Shown: piece by piece, positions 9,329-20,334 of the stretch
How positions within the stretch are numbered: position 1 is the stretch's first letter
Layout: the number at the start of each line of letters is the position of its first letter
Origin: Gemmatimonadales bacterium
GTDB lineage: Bacteria; Gemmatimonadota; Gemmatimonadetes; Gemmatimonadales; GWC2-71-9
Length of the DNA stretch: 64,000 bases
NCBI GenBank assembly: GCA_035457305.1
Contig: DATIBS010000131.1
Coordinates: forward strand, 1,831 to 65,830
Direction: 5' to 3'
Notes under the pieces: model-generated
What the model was told of the DNA's origin: nothing
The model's database searches: none
The model's input: only the letters and a program-made list of their open reading frames with translations
Position numbers and translations under genes: made by a program

Positions 9329-9601
9329 ATGGCTCACAAGAAGGGCGTCGGCTCGAGCCGCAACGGCCGCAACAGCAACCCGCAGTACCTCGGCGTCAAG
9401 AAGTACGGCGGCGAGGCGGTGCGGGCGGGGAACATCCTCGTCAAGCAGCGCGGCACCGTCTTCCATCCCGGCAAGAACGTGAAGCGCGCCAGCGACGACA
9501 CGCTCTTCGCGCTCGTGGACGGCGTCGTGGCGTTCGAGCACAAGGACAAGAAGCGGATGAAGATCTCGGTCTACCCGGCCGAGGTCGTCGCGGCCGGCTG
9601 A
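9329..9601 (+). CDS. rpmA: 50S ribosomal protein L27
   Basis: [28 protein letters not shown]...[10 protein letters not shown]. Confidence 0.95.
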   Translation: MAHKKGVGSSRNGRNSNPQYLGVKKYGGEAVRAGNILVKQRGTVFHPGKNVKRASDDTLFALVDGVVAFEHKDKKRMKISVYPAEVVAAG

Positions 9602-9624
9602 CCCACGCCGCGTCCCGCTCGTCC

Positions 9625-9656
9625 GCCCCCCGGTGCATGCCGGGGGGCTTTTCGTT
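9625..9656 (+). terminator. Rho-independent terminator after rpmA
   Basis: Perfect 9-bp stem GCCCCCCGG / CCGGGGGGC (9625-9633 / 9640-9648), 6-nt loop, then TTTTCGTT. Confidence 0.8.
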
Positions 9657-9735
9657 ATGCTTCGTCCTGAAACATCGCCGGGACGTCCGGCGTAGATGGG
9701 GCATACGACACCCGGAGGCGACCGTGTCCTCGTTG

Positions 9736-10053
9736 ATGGATCGGCTGCAGCGCGAGCTGGAGCAGCTCGGCAAGAACGCGCAGGAGGCACTGGAGGAGGG
9801 AAAGGTCCGCGTCCGCGTCCTCCGGCTGGAGCGCCAGCGCGACAACGCGGCGCGCGACCTCGGCATGCTCACCTGGCGGAAGGAACGGGGCGGCGACGTG
9901 GATGCCCGCCGGATCGAGTCGCTGCTCTTCCGGCTCGACGACCTCGAGGCGGAGATCGCCCGGGCCAGGACCGAGGCCAGCGCAACGCCCGAACCGACGG
10001 GCGACGTCCCCGCGCCGGCTCCGCCGCCCGCGCCGCCCCCGCCGACCTGGTAG
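9736..10053 (+). CDS. Hypothetical small coiled-coil protein with Pro/Ala-rich tail
   Basis: ATG 9736. MDRLQRELEQLGKNAQEALEEGKVRV...DDLEAEIARART, ending APAPPPAPPPPTW. No family recognised. Coding call rests on frame and codon bias only. Confidence 0.5.
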   Translation: MDRLQRELEQLGKNAQEALEEGKVRVRVLRLERQRDNAARDLGMLTWRKERGGDVDARRIESLLFRLDDLEAEIARARTEASATPEPTGDVPAPAPPPAPPPPTW

Positions 10054-10072
10054 GGCCGAGTCAGGAGCCGCA

Positions 10073-10104
10073 AGTCGCGAGGCGGAATTGAACCGCTCGC
10101 GACT
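10073..10104. terminator. GC-rich hairpin between convergent genes (no U-tract)
   Basis: AGTCGCGAG (10073-10081) pairs with CTCGCGACT (10096-10104), 14-nt loop. Lies between stop 10053 (+) and stop 10124 (-). Confidence 0.45.
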
Positions 10105-10123
10105 CGCGACTCGCAGCTGGTAA

Positions 10124-11374
10124 CTACTGCGGCGGTAGCCGCCGATACCGCTCCAGCAGCTCCGTCTGCCGGCTCATCGCCGGCACCTCCCGGCCGCCGA
10201 TCAGCACCAGCTCGGCTCGGGTCGCGTACTCGAACGGATCCCCGCTCCAGACCACCACGTCGGCCAGTTTGCCGGGCTCGAGCGAACCGGCCTCGTGGCC
10301 GGCGCCGAACGCCCGAGCCGGCGCGAGGGTGACCGCCTCCAGTGCCCGCGCCCAGGGGAGGCCGTTCCGCACGGCGTGACCCGCCCCCCAGCGGAGGTTC
10401 CGCGGTCCGCCCGACTCGGATTCCGTGAGGACCACCGTCACGCCAGCCTCCGCGAGGAGGGCCGGATTGTCCCAGCGGGCGCCGAGGTTGTCGAACCCGG
10501 GAACGTTCTGGAAGGGGTTCACGACCACCGGCACGCCCGCGCGGGCGAGCTCACCCGCCACCTTCCAACCCTCCGCCGCCCCCAGGAGCACCAGGCGCAG
10601 CCGGCGCTCGGCCGCGAGGTGCAGCGCGTTCCGGATGTCCCGCTCCGAGTTCGCCACCACGTAGAGCGGCCGCTCGCCCCGGAGCACCGGAAGGAGCGCC
10701 TCGAGCTCCTCCGCGGGCGCCGAGAGCGGCTGGATCGCGTTGCGGCGGAAGTCGGCTCGCCGGCGGTCGTACTCTGCCGCATCGTCGAGCAAGCGCTCGA
10801 GCCGCGCCAGTCCCCGGGCCCGGGCCCCCCCGCCGGCCCCCTTCGCCGCGGCGCCCAGGTTCGCCAGCAGGGCCACGCCGGCACGGCGGATGACGTCCTC
10901 CCTCCGGTCGCCCAGGAGCCCGATCCACGCCGCCTGCCCGGCGACGAATCCACCGCCCGGAAGCACCACCGTCGAGGTCACGCCCTCGAGCCGCGCCACC
11001 GGGATGCGCACGTTGTCCGGGTTGATCCCCGCCGAGACGTCGAACGAAGGCGTCACGTCGCCCGCCACGTCGGTCTCGTCGGTTGCCTCGATCGACGAGA
11101 CCTCGAGCAGCCCGAGGTTGGACGCAGGATGGATGAGCCCCGGGGTCACCACCTTGCCCCGGGCGTCCACCCGGCGCGCGTCCGCGGGGATCGCCACCTC
11201 CCGGCCCACGGCCACGATCCGGCCGTCGCGGATGAGCACGGTGGCGTTCTCCAGCGGGCCGCCGCTCACCGGGTGGACCGTGCCGCCGGTGATGGCGATG
11301 GTCTGGGCGCCTGCGGGCAGGGCGGCGAGCGCGGCCGCCGCCGCCAGGGCGCTGATCCGTCGGATGCGGTTCAT
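10124..11374 (-). CDS. Amidohydrolase-family protein, secreted, with a degenerate metal-binding HxH motif
   Basis: ATG at 11374 (MNRIRRISALAAAAALAALPAGAQ). Amidohydrolase fold pattern, but GKVVTPGLIHPASNLG replaces the GxxDxHxH motif. C-terminal GSLEPGKLADVVVW motif retained. 4-nt overlap with the upstream gene. Confidence 0.8.
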   Translation of the reverse strand: MNRIRRISALAAAAALAALPAGAQTIAITGGTVHPVSGGPLENATVLIRDGRIVAVGREVAIPADARRVDARGKVVTPGLIHPASNLGLLEVSSIEATDETDVAGDVTPSFDVSAGINPDNVRIPVARLEGVTSTVVLPGGGFVAGQAAWIGLLGDRREDVIRRAGVALLANLGAAAKGAGGGARARGLARLERLLDDAAEYDRRRADFRRNAIQPLSAPAEELEALLPVLRGERPLYVVANSERDIRNALHLAAERRLRLVLLGAAEGWKVAGELARAGVPVVVNPFQNVPGFDNLGARWDNPALLAEAGVTVVLTESESGGPRNLRWGAGHAVRNGLPWARALEAVTLAPARAFGAGHEAGSLEPGKLADVVVWSGDPFEYATRAELVLIGGREVPAMSRQTELLERYRRLPPQ

Positions 11375-12765
11375 CGTCCCACCCCCGGCGCGGCCTGGCC
11401 CAGGTTGAAGTCGGTGCGGAGCTGTCGCGCGGGATCGGTGCGGTCGAACACGAGCCAGCCCTCGTTGAACACGAGCTCCGCCCTGGCGTAGACCGAGAAG
11501 GGGTCGGCGGACCAGACCACCACGTCGGCCTTCTTGCCCGCCTCGAGCGTCCCGGTCTCCGCCTCGAGGCCGAGCGCCCAGGCCGGGTTGGCCGTGATCC
11601 AGCGGATCGCGTCCTCCCGCGTCACCGGGAGCCCCGCCTGCCGGCCGGCGTGGAGCGCCTTCGCGGCCTCCTGGTTGAGCCGCTGGATGCCGCCCTCGTC
11701 GTCGGAGTGAATGATGGCCCGCGCGCCGGCCTGCTGCAGCAGCGCCGCGTTCTGCGGCACGCCGTCGTAGGACTCCATCTTGAAGCCCCACCAGTCGGCC
11801 CACACCGAGGCGGCGGTGCCGGCCTGTGCCAGCAGGTCGGCGATCTTGTAGGCCTCGACCGCGTGGTGGAACGACCGGATGGTGAACCCGAACTCGCGGG
11901 CCAGGTCGAGCATCTGCGCCATCTCATCGGCGCGATAGCAGTGGTTCTGCACCAGGATCTCGCCGCGGAGCACGCCCGCGAGCGACTCCAGCCTGAGGTT
12001 GCGTTCCGGGGGATCACCCTTCCGCTCGGCCCGCCACTTGTCCCACTTCGCCCGGTACTCCTCCGCGTCGATGAACGCGTCCCGGTAGCCGGCCATGTTG
12101 CCCATCCTGGTGGAGGGGCCGCGGGACCGGTAGACCCGCTTCGGGTTCTCCCCGCAGGCCATCTTGAGTCCGTACCTCGCACCCGGGTACTTCATTTCCT
12201 GCACCGTGCGGGCCGGCACCAGGCGGATGACGGCGGAGCGGCCGCCGATCAGGTTCGCCGAGCCGGGCAGCACCTGGATGACCGTCACGCCCCCCGCGAT
12301 GGCGAGCGGGATCTGGGGGTCCTGCGGCCAGATCGAGTGCTCGGCCCAGACCTCGGCGGTGACCGGGTTGGTGGCCTCGTTCCCGTCGCCCTCGGCGAAG
12401 GTCCCCGGCGCCGCGTAGACCCCGAGGTGGCTGTGAGTGTCGATGATCCCCGGCGTGACGAACTTCCCGGACCCGTCCACCACCATCGCGCCCTCGGGAG
12501 CGGCCAGCGCGGTGCCGATGGCGGTCACCTTTCCGTCCTCGAGCAGCAGCGACGCATTGCGCAGTTCGGGGCCGGCGGCGGTGAGGATGGTGGCGTTCCG
12601 GATGAGCACCGGCCGGAACGGGCGGCGCGCGTAGGTGGACGCGTATTGGACGCGGTCGGCCGACGTGGCCGGCGCGGCGTCCTTGGGGCCGGGTTGGGAG
12701 GGAGCCGGCTGCCCGGCGCAGGCGGCCAGCAGGCCGGCGCCGAGGAGGGCGGACCAGCGAGGCAT
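11371..12765 (-). CDS. Amidohydrolase-family metallo-hydrolase, secreted/lipoprotein
   Basis: MPRWSALLGAGLLAAC (lipobox-like). GKFVTPGIIDTHSHLG (HxH). GTLEAGKKADVVVW. Confidence 0.85.
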   Translation of the reverse strand: MPRWSALLGAGLLAACAGQPAPSQPGPKDAAPATSADRVQYASTYARRPFRPVLIRNATILTAAGPELRNASLLLEDGKVTAIGTALAAPEGAMVVDGSGKFVTPGIIDTHSHLGVYAAPGTFAEGDGNEATNPVTAEVWAEHSIWPQDPQIPLAIAGGVTVIQVLPGSANLIGGRSAVIRLVPARTVQEMKYPGARYGLKMACGENPKRVYRSRGPSTRMGNMAGYRDAFIDAEEYRAKWDKWRAERKGDPPERNLRLESLAGVLRGEILVQNHCYRADEMAQMLDLAREFGFTIRSFHHAVEAYKIADLLAQAGTAASVWADWWGFKMESYDGVPQNAALLQQAGARAIIHSDDEGGIQRLNQEAAKALHAGRQAGLPVTREDAIRWITANPAWALGLEAETGTLEAGKKADVVVWSADPFSVYARAELVFNEGWLVFDRTDPARQLRTDFNLGQAAPGVGR

Positions 12766-12799
12766 CAGGAGTCCTCGGGGCTGGAGGGAGGAGTGGCGA

Positions 12800-13495
12800 T
12801 CACTGCGCGAGCACGAACTCGAGGGGGGAGCCGACCACCTCGATGCGGACCACCCGCTGCGGGGCGGCAGTGGTGACGAAGATGGCGAGCGGCGCCGGCC
12901 CGCCGGTCACCGTCACCCGCCAGGCGTCGAACCGGCCGGCCGGTGCGTCCACCGTGTCGCGCCCGGCGACCGCGAGCGTCATCGGGATCAGCTGGTTCTG
13001 TCCCGAGCTGAACACCGTGAAGTTCCAGCCGGCGCCCGCCACGAACGGCAGGGCGGGCGCCAGGGCCACGAGCGCGTTGTCGTCCACCACGGCGCCCACC
13101 GCCGAGTCGATCTCGAAGACCGTGACCGACCCGTCGGCTGCCGGGTTGCTCGAGCGCCCCTTCACCCGGCCGCCCCCATAGGTGAGGTCGGTGGCCATCG
13201 GGACGCCGCGGCTCGTGCCGCGCTGCTCCACCCGGAGCAGCGCCCCATCCCGGGTGAATTCCACGGTGGTGTTCTGCTCCACCCGCCCGGTCATCACGGT
13301 CTGGTCGATGTAACGCCAGCCGGCGGCACTCGGCTCGAAGCGCGTGCGCTGATAGCCCACCTCCCGCCCGGGCACCCGGATGGTGAAGCTGTCGCTGCCG
13401 ACCGCGCGCGCGCCGAGGTCCACCGGCAGCGGGGATTGGGCCGCGGCCGGCACAGCCGCGGCGAGGAACGCGAGCGCGAGTGCGCGTCGCTTCAT
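12800..13495 (-). CDS. Hypothetical secreted protein
   Basis: ATG 13495, signal peptide MKRRALALAFLAAAVPAAAQ. Beta-rich sequence, no family recognised. Sits between hbd and the amidohydrolases on the same strand. Confidence 0.6.
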   Translation of the reverse strand: MKRRALALAFLAAAVPAAAQSPLPVDLGARAVGSDSFTIRVPGREVGYQRTRFEPSAAGWRYIDQTVMTGRVEQNTTVEFTRDGALLRVEQRGTSRGVPMATDLTYGGGRVKGRSSNPAADGSVTVFEIDSAVGAVVDDNALVALAPALPFVAGAGWNFTVFSSGQNQLIPMTLAVAGRDTVDAPAGRFDAWRVTVTGGPAPLAIFVTTAAPQRVVRIEVVGSPLEFVLAQ

Positions 13496-13505
13496 GGTGG
13501 TGGCC

Positions 13506-14363
13506 TCATTCGTCCCAGTGGTAGAACCCCTCTCCCGTCTTCCGGCCGAGTCTCCCCTCGGCCACCAGGCGCCGCAGCAGGTCGGGCGCGCGGTACTGCT
13601 CGCCCCCCAGTTCGCGGAGCAGGATGTCGGCCACCCGGAGACGGACATCCAGGCCGACGAGGTCGGTCAGGCGGAGCGGCCCCACGGGGTGATGGTAGCC
13701 GAGCACCATCGCCTGGTCGATGTCCGCGGCGCTCGCCACCCCCTGTTCGAGCATCCGGATCGCCTCGAGGCCGAGGACGATCCCGAGCCGGCTGGACGCG
13801 AAACCGGGCGTGTCGCGCACGACGATCGCCTCCTTGCCCAGGGCGGCCACCACGGCGCGTGCCTCGGCCAGCGTCTCCCCGTCGACCGCGTCGTGCACCA
13901 CGATCTCCACCAGGCGCATCCCGTGCACCGGGTTGAAGAAGTGGAGCCCGACCAGCCGGCCGGGGCGGGGCAGGTCGGCGGCGAGACCACCGACGGGCAG
14001 GGCGGAGGTGTTGGTCGCGAGCAGCGCGTCGGTGGCCGCCCAGTCGCTGGCCTGCGCGAGGACCTCGCGCTTCACGTCGGCATCCTCCACCACCGCCTCG
14101 ATCACGAGATCGGCACCGCGGCACGCCTCCCGGATGGAGGCCGCAGGGCGAAGCCGGCCGGCAGCGGCGACCGCGGCCGCCGGCTCGAGCTTGCCCCGGG
14201 CAACCCCGCCATCGAGCAGGGCCCGCACCCTGGCGAGGCCGCGGTCGCGGGCCGCCGCGTCGGCGTCGTGCAGCGCGGTGGCCCACCCGGCCGTCACGCA
14301 GGCGTGGGCGATCCCGGCGCCCATCACGCCGGCGCCGAGGACCGCGACGGTGCGCGCGGTCAC
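13506..14363 (-). CDS. 3-hydroxyacyl-CoA / 3-hydroxybutyryl-CoA dehydrogenase
   Basis: GTG 14363. VAVLGAGVMGAGIA Rossmann motif, HFFNPVHGMRLVEIV, GFASSRL, GYHHPVGPLRLTDLVGLDV, GRKTGEGFYHW. Confidence 0.9.
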   Translation of the reverse strand: MTARTVAVLGAGVMGAGIAHACVTAGWATALHDADAAARDRGLARVRALLDGGVARGKLEPAAAVAAAGRLRPAASIREACRGADLVIEAVVEDADVKREVLAQASDWAATDALLATNTSALPVGGLAADLPRPGRLVGLHFFNPVHGMRLVEIVVHDAVDGETLAEARAVVAALGKEAIVVRDTPGFASSRLGIVLGLEAIRMLEQGVASAADIDQAMVLGYHHPVGPLRLTDLVGLDVRLRVADILLRELGGEQYRAPDLLRRLVAEGRLGRKTGEGFYHWDE

Positions 14364-15030
14364 GCCACCGCCTCCAGCGCGGCGCGCGCGACATCGGGAG
14401 CGTCGGTGCAGATCCCGTCCACGCCGAGCGCGGCGAGCCGCCGGACGTCGTCCGGCCGGTTGACCGTCCACGCGATGACCCGCCCGCCGGCGGCGTGCGT
14501 GGCCCGCACCAGGCTCGCCGTCACGACGTCGCGGCGGGGCCAGAGATCCCCGGCGCCCGCGCGCGCGAGCAGCGCCGCCGGCTCCGGCGGTGCCGCCTCG
14601 ACGAGCAGGCCCAGGCGCACGCCCCGGCCCGCGAGGCGGGCGACCAGTGCATGGTCGAAGGAGTGGACCGCGCACCGCGCCGGCGCCGCCGAGATCGCCG
14701 CGAGGAGCGCGGCTTCCGCCGCGGGCGGCATCGCCTTCACCTCGACGAACACCTCGAGGCCGGCCAGCGCGGCGAGCGCCTCCTCGAGGAAGGGCGGGGC
14801 CTCCCCGTTCGGGAGGCGCGCCGACCGCGCCGCGGCCGCGTCCAGCTCCCCGATGGCCCCCCGGCCCGGGAGCTCGGGATCGTGGTGCACCAGCAGCCGA
14901 TGGTCGCGGGTGGCGTGCACGTCGAGCTCGACCCCGTCGGCCCCGAGGTCCACCGCGAGCCGGAACGCCGCGAGCGAATTCTCCTGCGCCCTCGCGGAGG
15001 CGCCGCGATGGGCCACGATCAGCGGGCGGG

Positions 15031-15034
<4 letters not shown>
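14360..15034 (-). CDS. Glycerophosphodiester phosphodiesterase (GDPD) family protein
   Basis: GTG 15034. [51 protein letters not shown] overlaps at both ends (15031-15034, 14360-14363). Confidence 0.8.
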
Positions 15035-16230
<1,196 letters not shown>

Positions 16231-16352
16231 GGCGCGTAACCTATGGTGACGCGGCCGGGAGGCAAAGCGCGCTCCGGCCGCCCGCGAGGCTTTCCCCCGG
16301 GGTGGTGGCAAGGTAGGATTCGGCCATCGTCCCCGTCCTCCCGGAGCCCGCG

Positions 16353-17663
16353 ATGCGTCGCCTCCTCCCGGCCCTCGCCGTCGCGCTCGCCGTTCCCCTC
16401 TCGGCCGCGCCTGCGCAGGTCGTCTACCGCGTGCCGGTCCAGGGCACCATCGAGAACGGACTCGCGCCGTTCGTGGCGCGGGCGCTGTCCGAGGCGCGGG
16501 CGGCGGGCGCGGCCGCGGTGCTGCTCGACATCGATACTCCCGGCGGGCGGATCGACGCCGCGGAGCGGATCGTCGACGCCGTCCGGCGGAGCGAGGTGCC
16601 GGTGCATGCGTGGGTGCACCCGCGGGCCTTCAGCGCCGGCGCGTTCATCGCGCTCGCCGCCCGGCAGATCTGGATCGAGCCCGGCGGCGTGATCGGCGCG
16701 GCCACGCCGGTGGGCGGACAGGGGGAGAAGCTGCCGGAGAAGTACGTGTCCGCGATGCGGGCCGAGTTCCGGGCCCTCGCGGAGGCCCGGGGGCTCGACC
16801 CGCGGATCGCCGAGGCGATGGTGGACGAGAGCATCGCCGTGCCCGGGGTCGTGGAGGCGGGCCGGCTGCTGACGCTGAGCGCCGACGAGGCCGTCCGGCA
16901 CGGAGTGGCGAACGGCCAGGCGGCGACCCTCGACCAGGCGCTCGCAGCCCTCGGCCTCGCCGGGGCCCGCGTGGTGACCCCGGCGCCCAACTGGGCGGAG
17001 CGCGTGGTCCGGTTCGTCACCAACCCGCTGGTGGCTCCGATGCTCCTCTCCCTCGGGATGCTCGGCCTGGTCTTCGAGCTCAAGGCGGGGGCGTTCGGCC
17101 TCGGCGGCCTGGTGAGCCTCGCCTCCCTCGGCCTCTTCTTCGGCTCCAGCGTGCTGCTCGGGCTGGCGGGCATGGAGGAGGTGATCCTCCTCGTCCTCGG
17201 GATCATCGCCCTCGGCGTCGAGGTGTTCGTGCTCCCGGGCTTCGGGGTCGCCGGCGCGGCCGGGCTGCTCCTCGTCGGCGGCAGCGCCATACTCGCCATG
17301 CTCGGGAGCTTCCCGACCGCCGCGGACGTGAGTCGGGCCTTCATCGTGCTCGGCGCCGCCGCCGTGATCACCGGCGCCGTGGTCTATGCCTGGCTCCGGC
17401 ACCTGCCGTTCAGCCCCCGCTTCCGCCAGGCGCTGCTGACCGAAGGGCTGGACGCGCGCGAGGGGTACGTCGCCGCCCTCCCGCGGGCCGACCTCGTCGG
17501 GCGCGAGGGCACCGCGGTCACCGACCTGCGCCCGGCCGGCACCATCGTCGTGGGCGACGAGCGGATCGATGCCGTGGCCGAGACCGGCTTCGTCGCGTCC
17601 GGCTCGGTCGTCCGCGTGGTCCGCGCCGAGGGCTATCGTCACGTCGTGCGGCCGGTCGCCTGA
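16353..17663 (+). CDS. nfeD: NfeD-family membrane-bound ClpP-class serine protease
   Basis: Signal peptide, ClpP-like region ([28 protein letters not shown]), multi-TM middle, C-terminal NfeD OB domain ([26 protein letters not shown]). Confidence 0.85.
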   Translation: MRRLLPALAVALAVPLSAAPAQVVYRVPVQGTIENGLAPFVARALSEARAAGAAAVLLDIDTPGGRIDAAERIVDAVRRSEVPVHAWVHPRAFSAGAFIALAARQIWIEPGGVIGAATPVGGQGEKLPEKYVSAMRAEFRALAEARGLDPRIAEAMVDESIAVPGVVEAGRLLTLSADEAVRHGVANGQAATLDQALAALGLAGARVVTPAPNWAERVVRFVTNPLVAPMLLSLGMLGLVFELKAGAFGLGGLVSLASLGLFFGSSVLLGLAGMEEVILLVLGIIALGVEVFVLPGFGVAGAAGLLLVGGSAILAMLGSFPTAADVSRAFIVLGAAAVITGAVVYAWLRHLPFSPRFRQALLTEGLDAREGYVAALPRADLVGREGTAVTDLRPAGTIVVGDERIDAVAETGFVASGSVVRVVRAEGYRHVVRPVA

Positions 17664-17710
17664 GTGGCGGACCGGCCCGACTCCTTCCTTCCCCTCCGCC
17701 GGAGCGACCG

Positions 17711-18715
17711 GTGAACGACTTCTCCACGCTGGGTCCCGGGATCATCCTGGTCCTGTTCTTCTTCGGGTTCCTCCTGCTGGTGGTGTTCCTGCGCTTCTTC
17801 CCGATCGGCCTCTGGTTCCAGGCGCTGGTGTCGGGCGTGCGGGTGCCATTCCTGCAGCTCTTCTTCATGCGCTTCCGGAAGGTGATCCCCTCCGGCATCG
17901 TCACGCCCCTCATCACCGCGCACAAGGCGGGCCTGGCCCTCAGCATGGACCGGCTCGAGTCCCACTATCTCTCCGGCGGCAACGTCGGCCGGGTGGTCAA
18001 CGCGCTCATCTCGGCGGACAAGGCGGGGATTCCCCTCGACTTCAAGCAGGCCACCGCGATCGACCTCGCGGGCCGCGACGTCTTCGAGGCGGTGCAGGTG
18101 AGCGTGAACCCGAAGGTGATCACGACGCCGAAGGTGGCGGCGATGGCCAAGGACGGGATCCAGCTCCTCGCCCTGGCGCGGGTCACCGTCCGGGCGAACA
18201 TCAACCGGCTGGTCGGCGGCGCCGGCGAGGAGACGATCCTGGCGCGCGTGGGGGAGGGGATCGTGAGCACGATCGGCTCCGCCGCCTCCCACAAGGCGGT
18301 GCTCGAGAATCCCGACATGATCTCGAAGACGGTGCTGGCGAAGGGCCTCGACGCGGGCACCGCGTTCGAGATCCTCTCGATCGACATCGCCGACGTGGAT
18401 GTGGGCAAGAACATCGGGGCCGAGCTGCAGACCGACCAGGCCGAGGCCGACAAGCGCATCGCCCAGGCGAAGGCCGAGGAGCGCCGGGCGCTGGCGGTGG
18501 CGATGGAGCAGGAGTACCGGGCGGAGGCGCAGAAGCAGCGTGCCGCCGTGATCGCAGCCGAGGCCCAGGTGCCGCTCGCGATGGCCGAGGCGTTCCGGAG
18601 CGGCAACCTCGGCGTGATGGACTACCAGCGGTACAAGAACCTCCAGGCCGACACCTCGATGCGGCAGTCCATCGCCGGCGGCGACGGTGAGCCGCGGCCC
18701 GAGGGAGAGCGCTGA
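17711..18715 (+). CDS. floA: Flotillin-like protein FloA (UPF0365/YqfA family)
   Basis: GTG 17711. N-terminal TM, then [75 protein letters not shown], and a coiled-coil tail. Confidence 0.85.
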   Translation: MNDFSTLGPGIILVLFFFGFLLLVVFLRFFPIGLWFQALVSGVRVPFLQLFFMRFRKVIPSGIVTPLITAHKAGLALSMDRLESHYLSGGNVGRVVNALISADKAGIPLDFKQATAIDLAGRDVFEAVQVSVNPKVITTPKVAAMAKDGIQLLALARVTVRANINRLVGGAGEETILARVGEGIVSTIGSAASHKAVLENPDMISKTVLAKGLDAGTAFEILSIDIADVDVGKNIGAELQTDQAEADKRIAQAKAEERRALAVAMEQEYRAEAQKQRAAVIAAEAQVPLAMAEAFRSGNLGVMDYQRYKNLQADTSMRQSIAGGDGEPRPEGER

Positions 18716-18718
18716 CCG

Positions 18719-19321
18719 ATGGAAGGGCTCGGCATTGTCCTGGTAGTCGCGTACCTGGTCTTCTCCTTCATCTCGGAGGCCGTGAAGCGGCAGCGCGGCG
18801 ACCCGCGGGAGGAGGAGCGCCGGCGTGCCCGCGCCGCCGCGCGGGCGCGGGCCGAGCGCCTCGCGCGGGCGGGCGCGCCGCCGCCCGAGCGCGGCGCCGA
18901 CCTCGGGACGAGCCCGACGCAGGTCGAGGCGCGGCGGCTGGAGGAGCTGCTCCGGTCGCTCGGCGGCCTGATGGAGGAGCCGGAGGAGGCGTACAGCCTC
19001 GAGGGCAGGACGGTCGAGGCGGAATCCGGGGACGCGGTGCCGCTCCGGGCCGAGCGGGTCGAGGCTTCGGCCGACGACGCGGCCGACGCGGTGGTCCAGC
19101 GCCGGATCGCGGCGGCCGAAGCCCGGAGCGGCGCCCTCGGCCCCGCCGACCACGAGGCGTTCCATCTCCGCCTGGCACGGCAGGAGACGGCCCGCGCGGC
19201 CGAGCGGCCGGTCCGGCAGCCCGGGCCGGCCCGGCGCACCCGGGCCGAACTCCGTCGTGCGGTGGTCTGGAGGGAGATCCTGGGGCCGCCCGTCTCCCTG
19301 CGCGGCGGCGACCCGGTGTGA
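18719..19321 (+). CDS. Hypothetical membrane-anchored protein, third gene of the nfeD-floA unit
   Basis: ATG 3 nt after the floA stop. One N-terminal TM (GIVLVVAYLVFSFI), then a charged Arg/Glu/Ala-rich, probably disordered region. No family recognised. Confidence 0.55.
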   Translation: MEGLGIVLVVAYLVFSFISEAVKRQRGDPREEERRRARAAARARAERLARAGAPPPERGADLGTSPTQVEARRLEELLRSLGGLMEEPEEAYSLEGRTVEAESGDAVPLRAERVEASADDAADAVVQRRIAAAEARSGALGPADHEAFHLRLARQETARAAERPVRQPGPARRTRAELRRAVVWREILGPPVSLRGGDPV

Positions 19322-19326
19322 CACGG

Positions 19327-19354
19327 GGAGGGGGCGCCGCGGGGCGCCCCCTCC
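19327..19354. terminator. Perfect 12-bp GC hairpin between convergent genes
   Basis: GGAGGGGGCGCC (19327-19338), loop GCGG, GGCGCCCCCTCC (19343-19354). No U-tract on either side. Confidence 0.5.
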
Positions 19355-19359
19355 TGCAT

Positions 19360-20334
19360 TCAGGCGGTGGAGCGGTGGCCGCCGTCCCCGAGCAGCTCCC
19401 ACGGCTCCTTCGTGGGCGCCTGGACCCACGCCTGGCGCGTGGCCCGCTGCCAGAATCCGAGATCGAGCCGGGGCAGCCCGAAGTGGGCCTCGGCCGCGTC
19501 CCAGATCAGCTTCGGCACGGCGTGGCCCCCTTCCCGCAGGGCCTGGCGCCGCATCCCCTTGGCGAGCCGGAGTGCCTCGGCCCCGGTGGGATCGAGCCGC
19601 CGGGGCCCGTCGTCCAGCGCCGCCAGCAGGCGCATCACCTGCTCGAACGACACCGCCATGTGCCGCTCGACGTCGGCGTCGTCGATGTCGTGGCGGCTGC
19701 GCTCCCGCGCGAAGCTGAAGGCCCGGCGGTAGGTCTGCCGGTCGGCCAGCTGCACCATCCCGCGGAACAGCCGGCGGTTGGTCGGGATGCTGAAGAGTGT
19801 CGGCGAGATGATGCGGTCGAGGTGGGCGTCGGCGTCCACGTGGTCGTGGCGCAGCAGCTCCCGCGCCTCCCGCGCCCAGCGGTCGCCGAGGTGGCTCTCG
19901 AACCGGGCCTCCCAGTACGCGTGGCCCAGTCCCTTGATCAGGGCCGTCGCCGCAAGCTGCCGCGGGACGTAGTAGTTGTGGGCGATGGTGTCGGCGGCGA
20001 GATGGCTCAGGTAGCCGAGTCCGAAGGCGCGGAGGCGGTCCTCCTCGGCGCGGTCGTGCACCTCCTGGCCCAGGTGCCAGTGGTGGCTGTGCCGGTGCAC
20101 CGGGGCATAGTCCTTCGCGAACGAGGTGTCCGGTGCGATGCTGCCGTAGAGGTATTCGACCGGGTGGGCGCGGAGCAGCGCGGCGAGCGCCGGCGGAAGC
20201 AGCGCGAGGTTGTCGAGGATCGACTGCCCGATGAAGACGTGCGTGCCCGGCGTCCAGGCGTGCAGCTGGTCCGGCAGGAGAAGGGCGGCCGCCGCGACCA
20301 GCACGAGGGCCGCGGCGACCCGGCGGAGCGTCAC
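19360..20334 (-). CDS. Zinc-dependent phospholipase C-like family protein
   Basis: GTG 20334. Signal/TM VTLRRVAAALVLVAAAALLL, then AWTPGTHVFIG, GSIAPD, HSHHWH, LGYLSHLAADTIAHNY (His/Asp-rich motifs typical of the PLC-like Zn fold). Assignment by motif only. Confidence 0.6.
   Translation of the reverse strand: MTLRRVAAALVLVAAAALLLPDQLHAWTPGTHVFIGQSILDNLALLPPALAALLRAHPVEYLYGSIAPDTSFAKDYAPVHRHSHHWHLGQEVHDRAEEDRLRAFGLGYLSHLAADTIAHNYYVPRQLAATALIKGLGHAYWEARFESHLGDRWAREARELLRHDHVDADAHLDRIISPTLFSIPTNRRLFRGMVQLADRQTYRRAFSFARERSRHDIDDADVERHMAVSFEQVMRLLAALDDGPRRLDPTGAEALRLAKGMRRQALREGGHAVPKLIWDAAEAHFGLPRLDLGFWQRATRQAWVQAPTKEPWELLGDGGHRSTA

Noticed and set aside
9637-9735. Extension of the small coiled-coil ORF to the track start at 9637.
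   Set aside because: That start lies inside the rpmA terminator hairpin/U-tract region. ATG 9736 is downstream of the terminator and fits better.
10098-10109. 12-mer ACTCGCGACTCG shared between the 10.1-kb hairpin region and the serB 3' end (about 56227-56238).
   Set aside because: A single shared 12-mer in 64 kb of biased-composition DNA is expected by chance. No extended similarity surrounds it.
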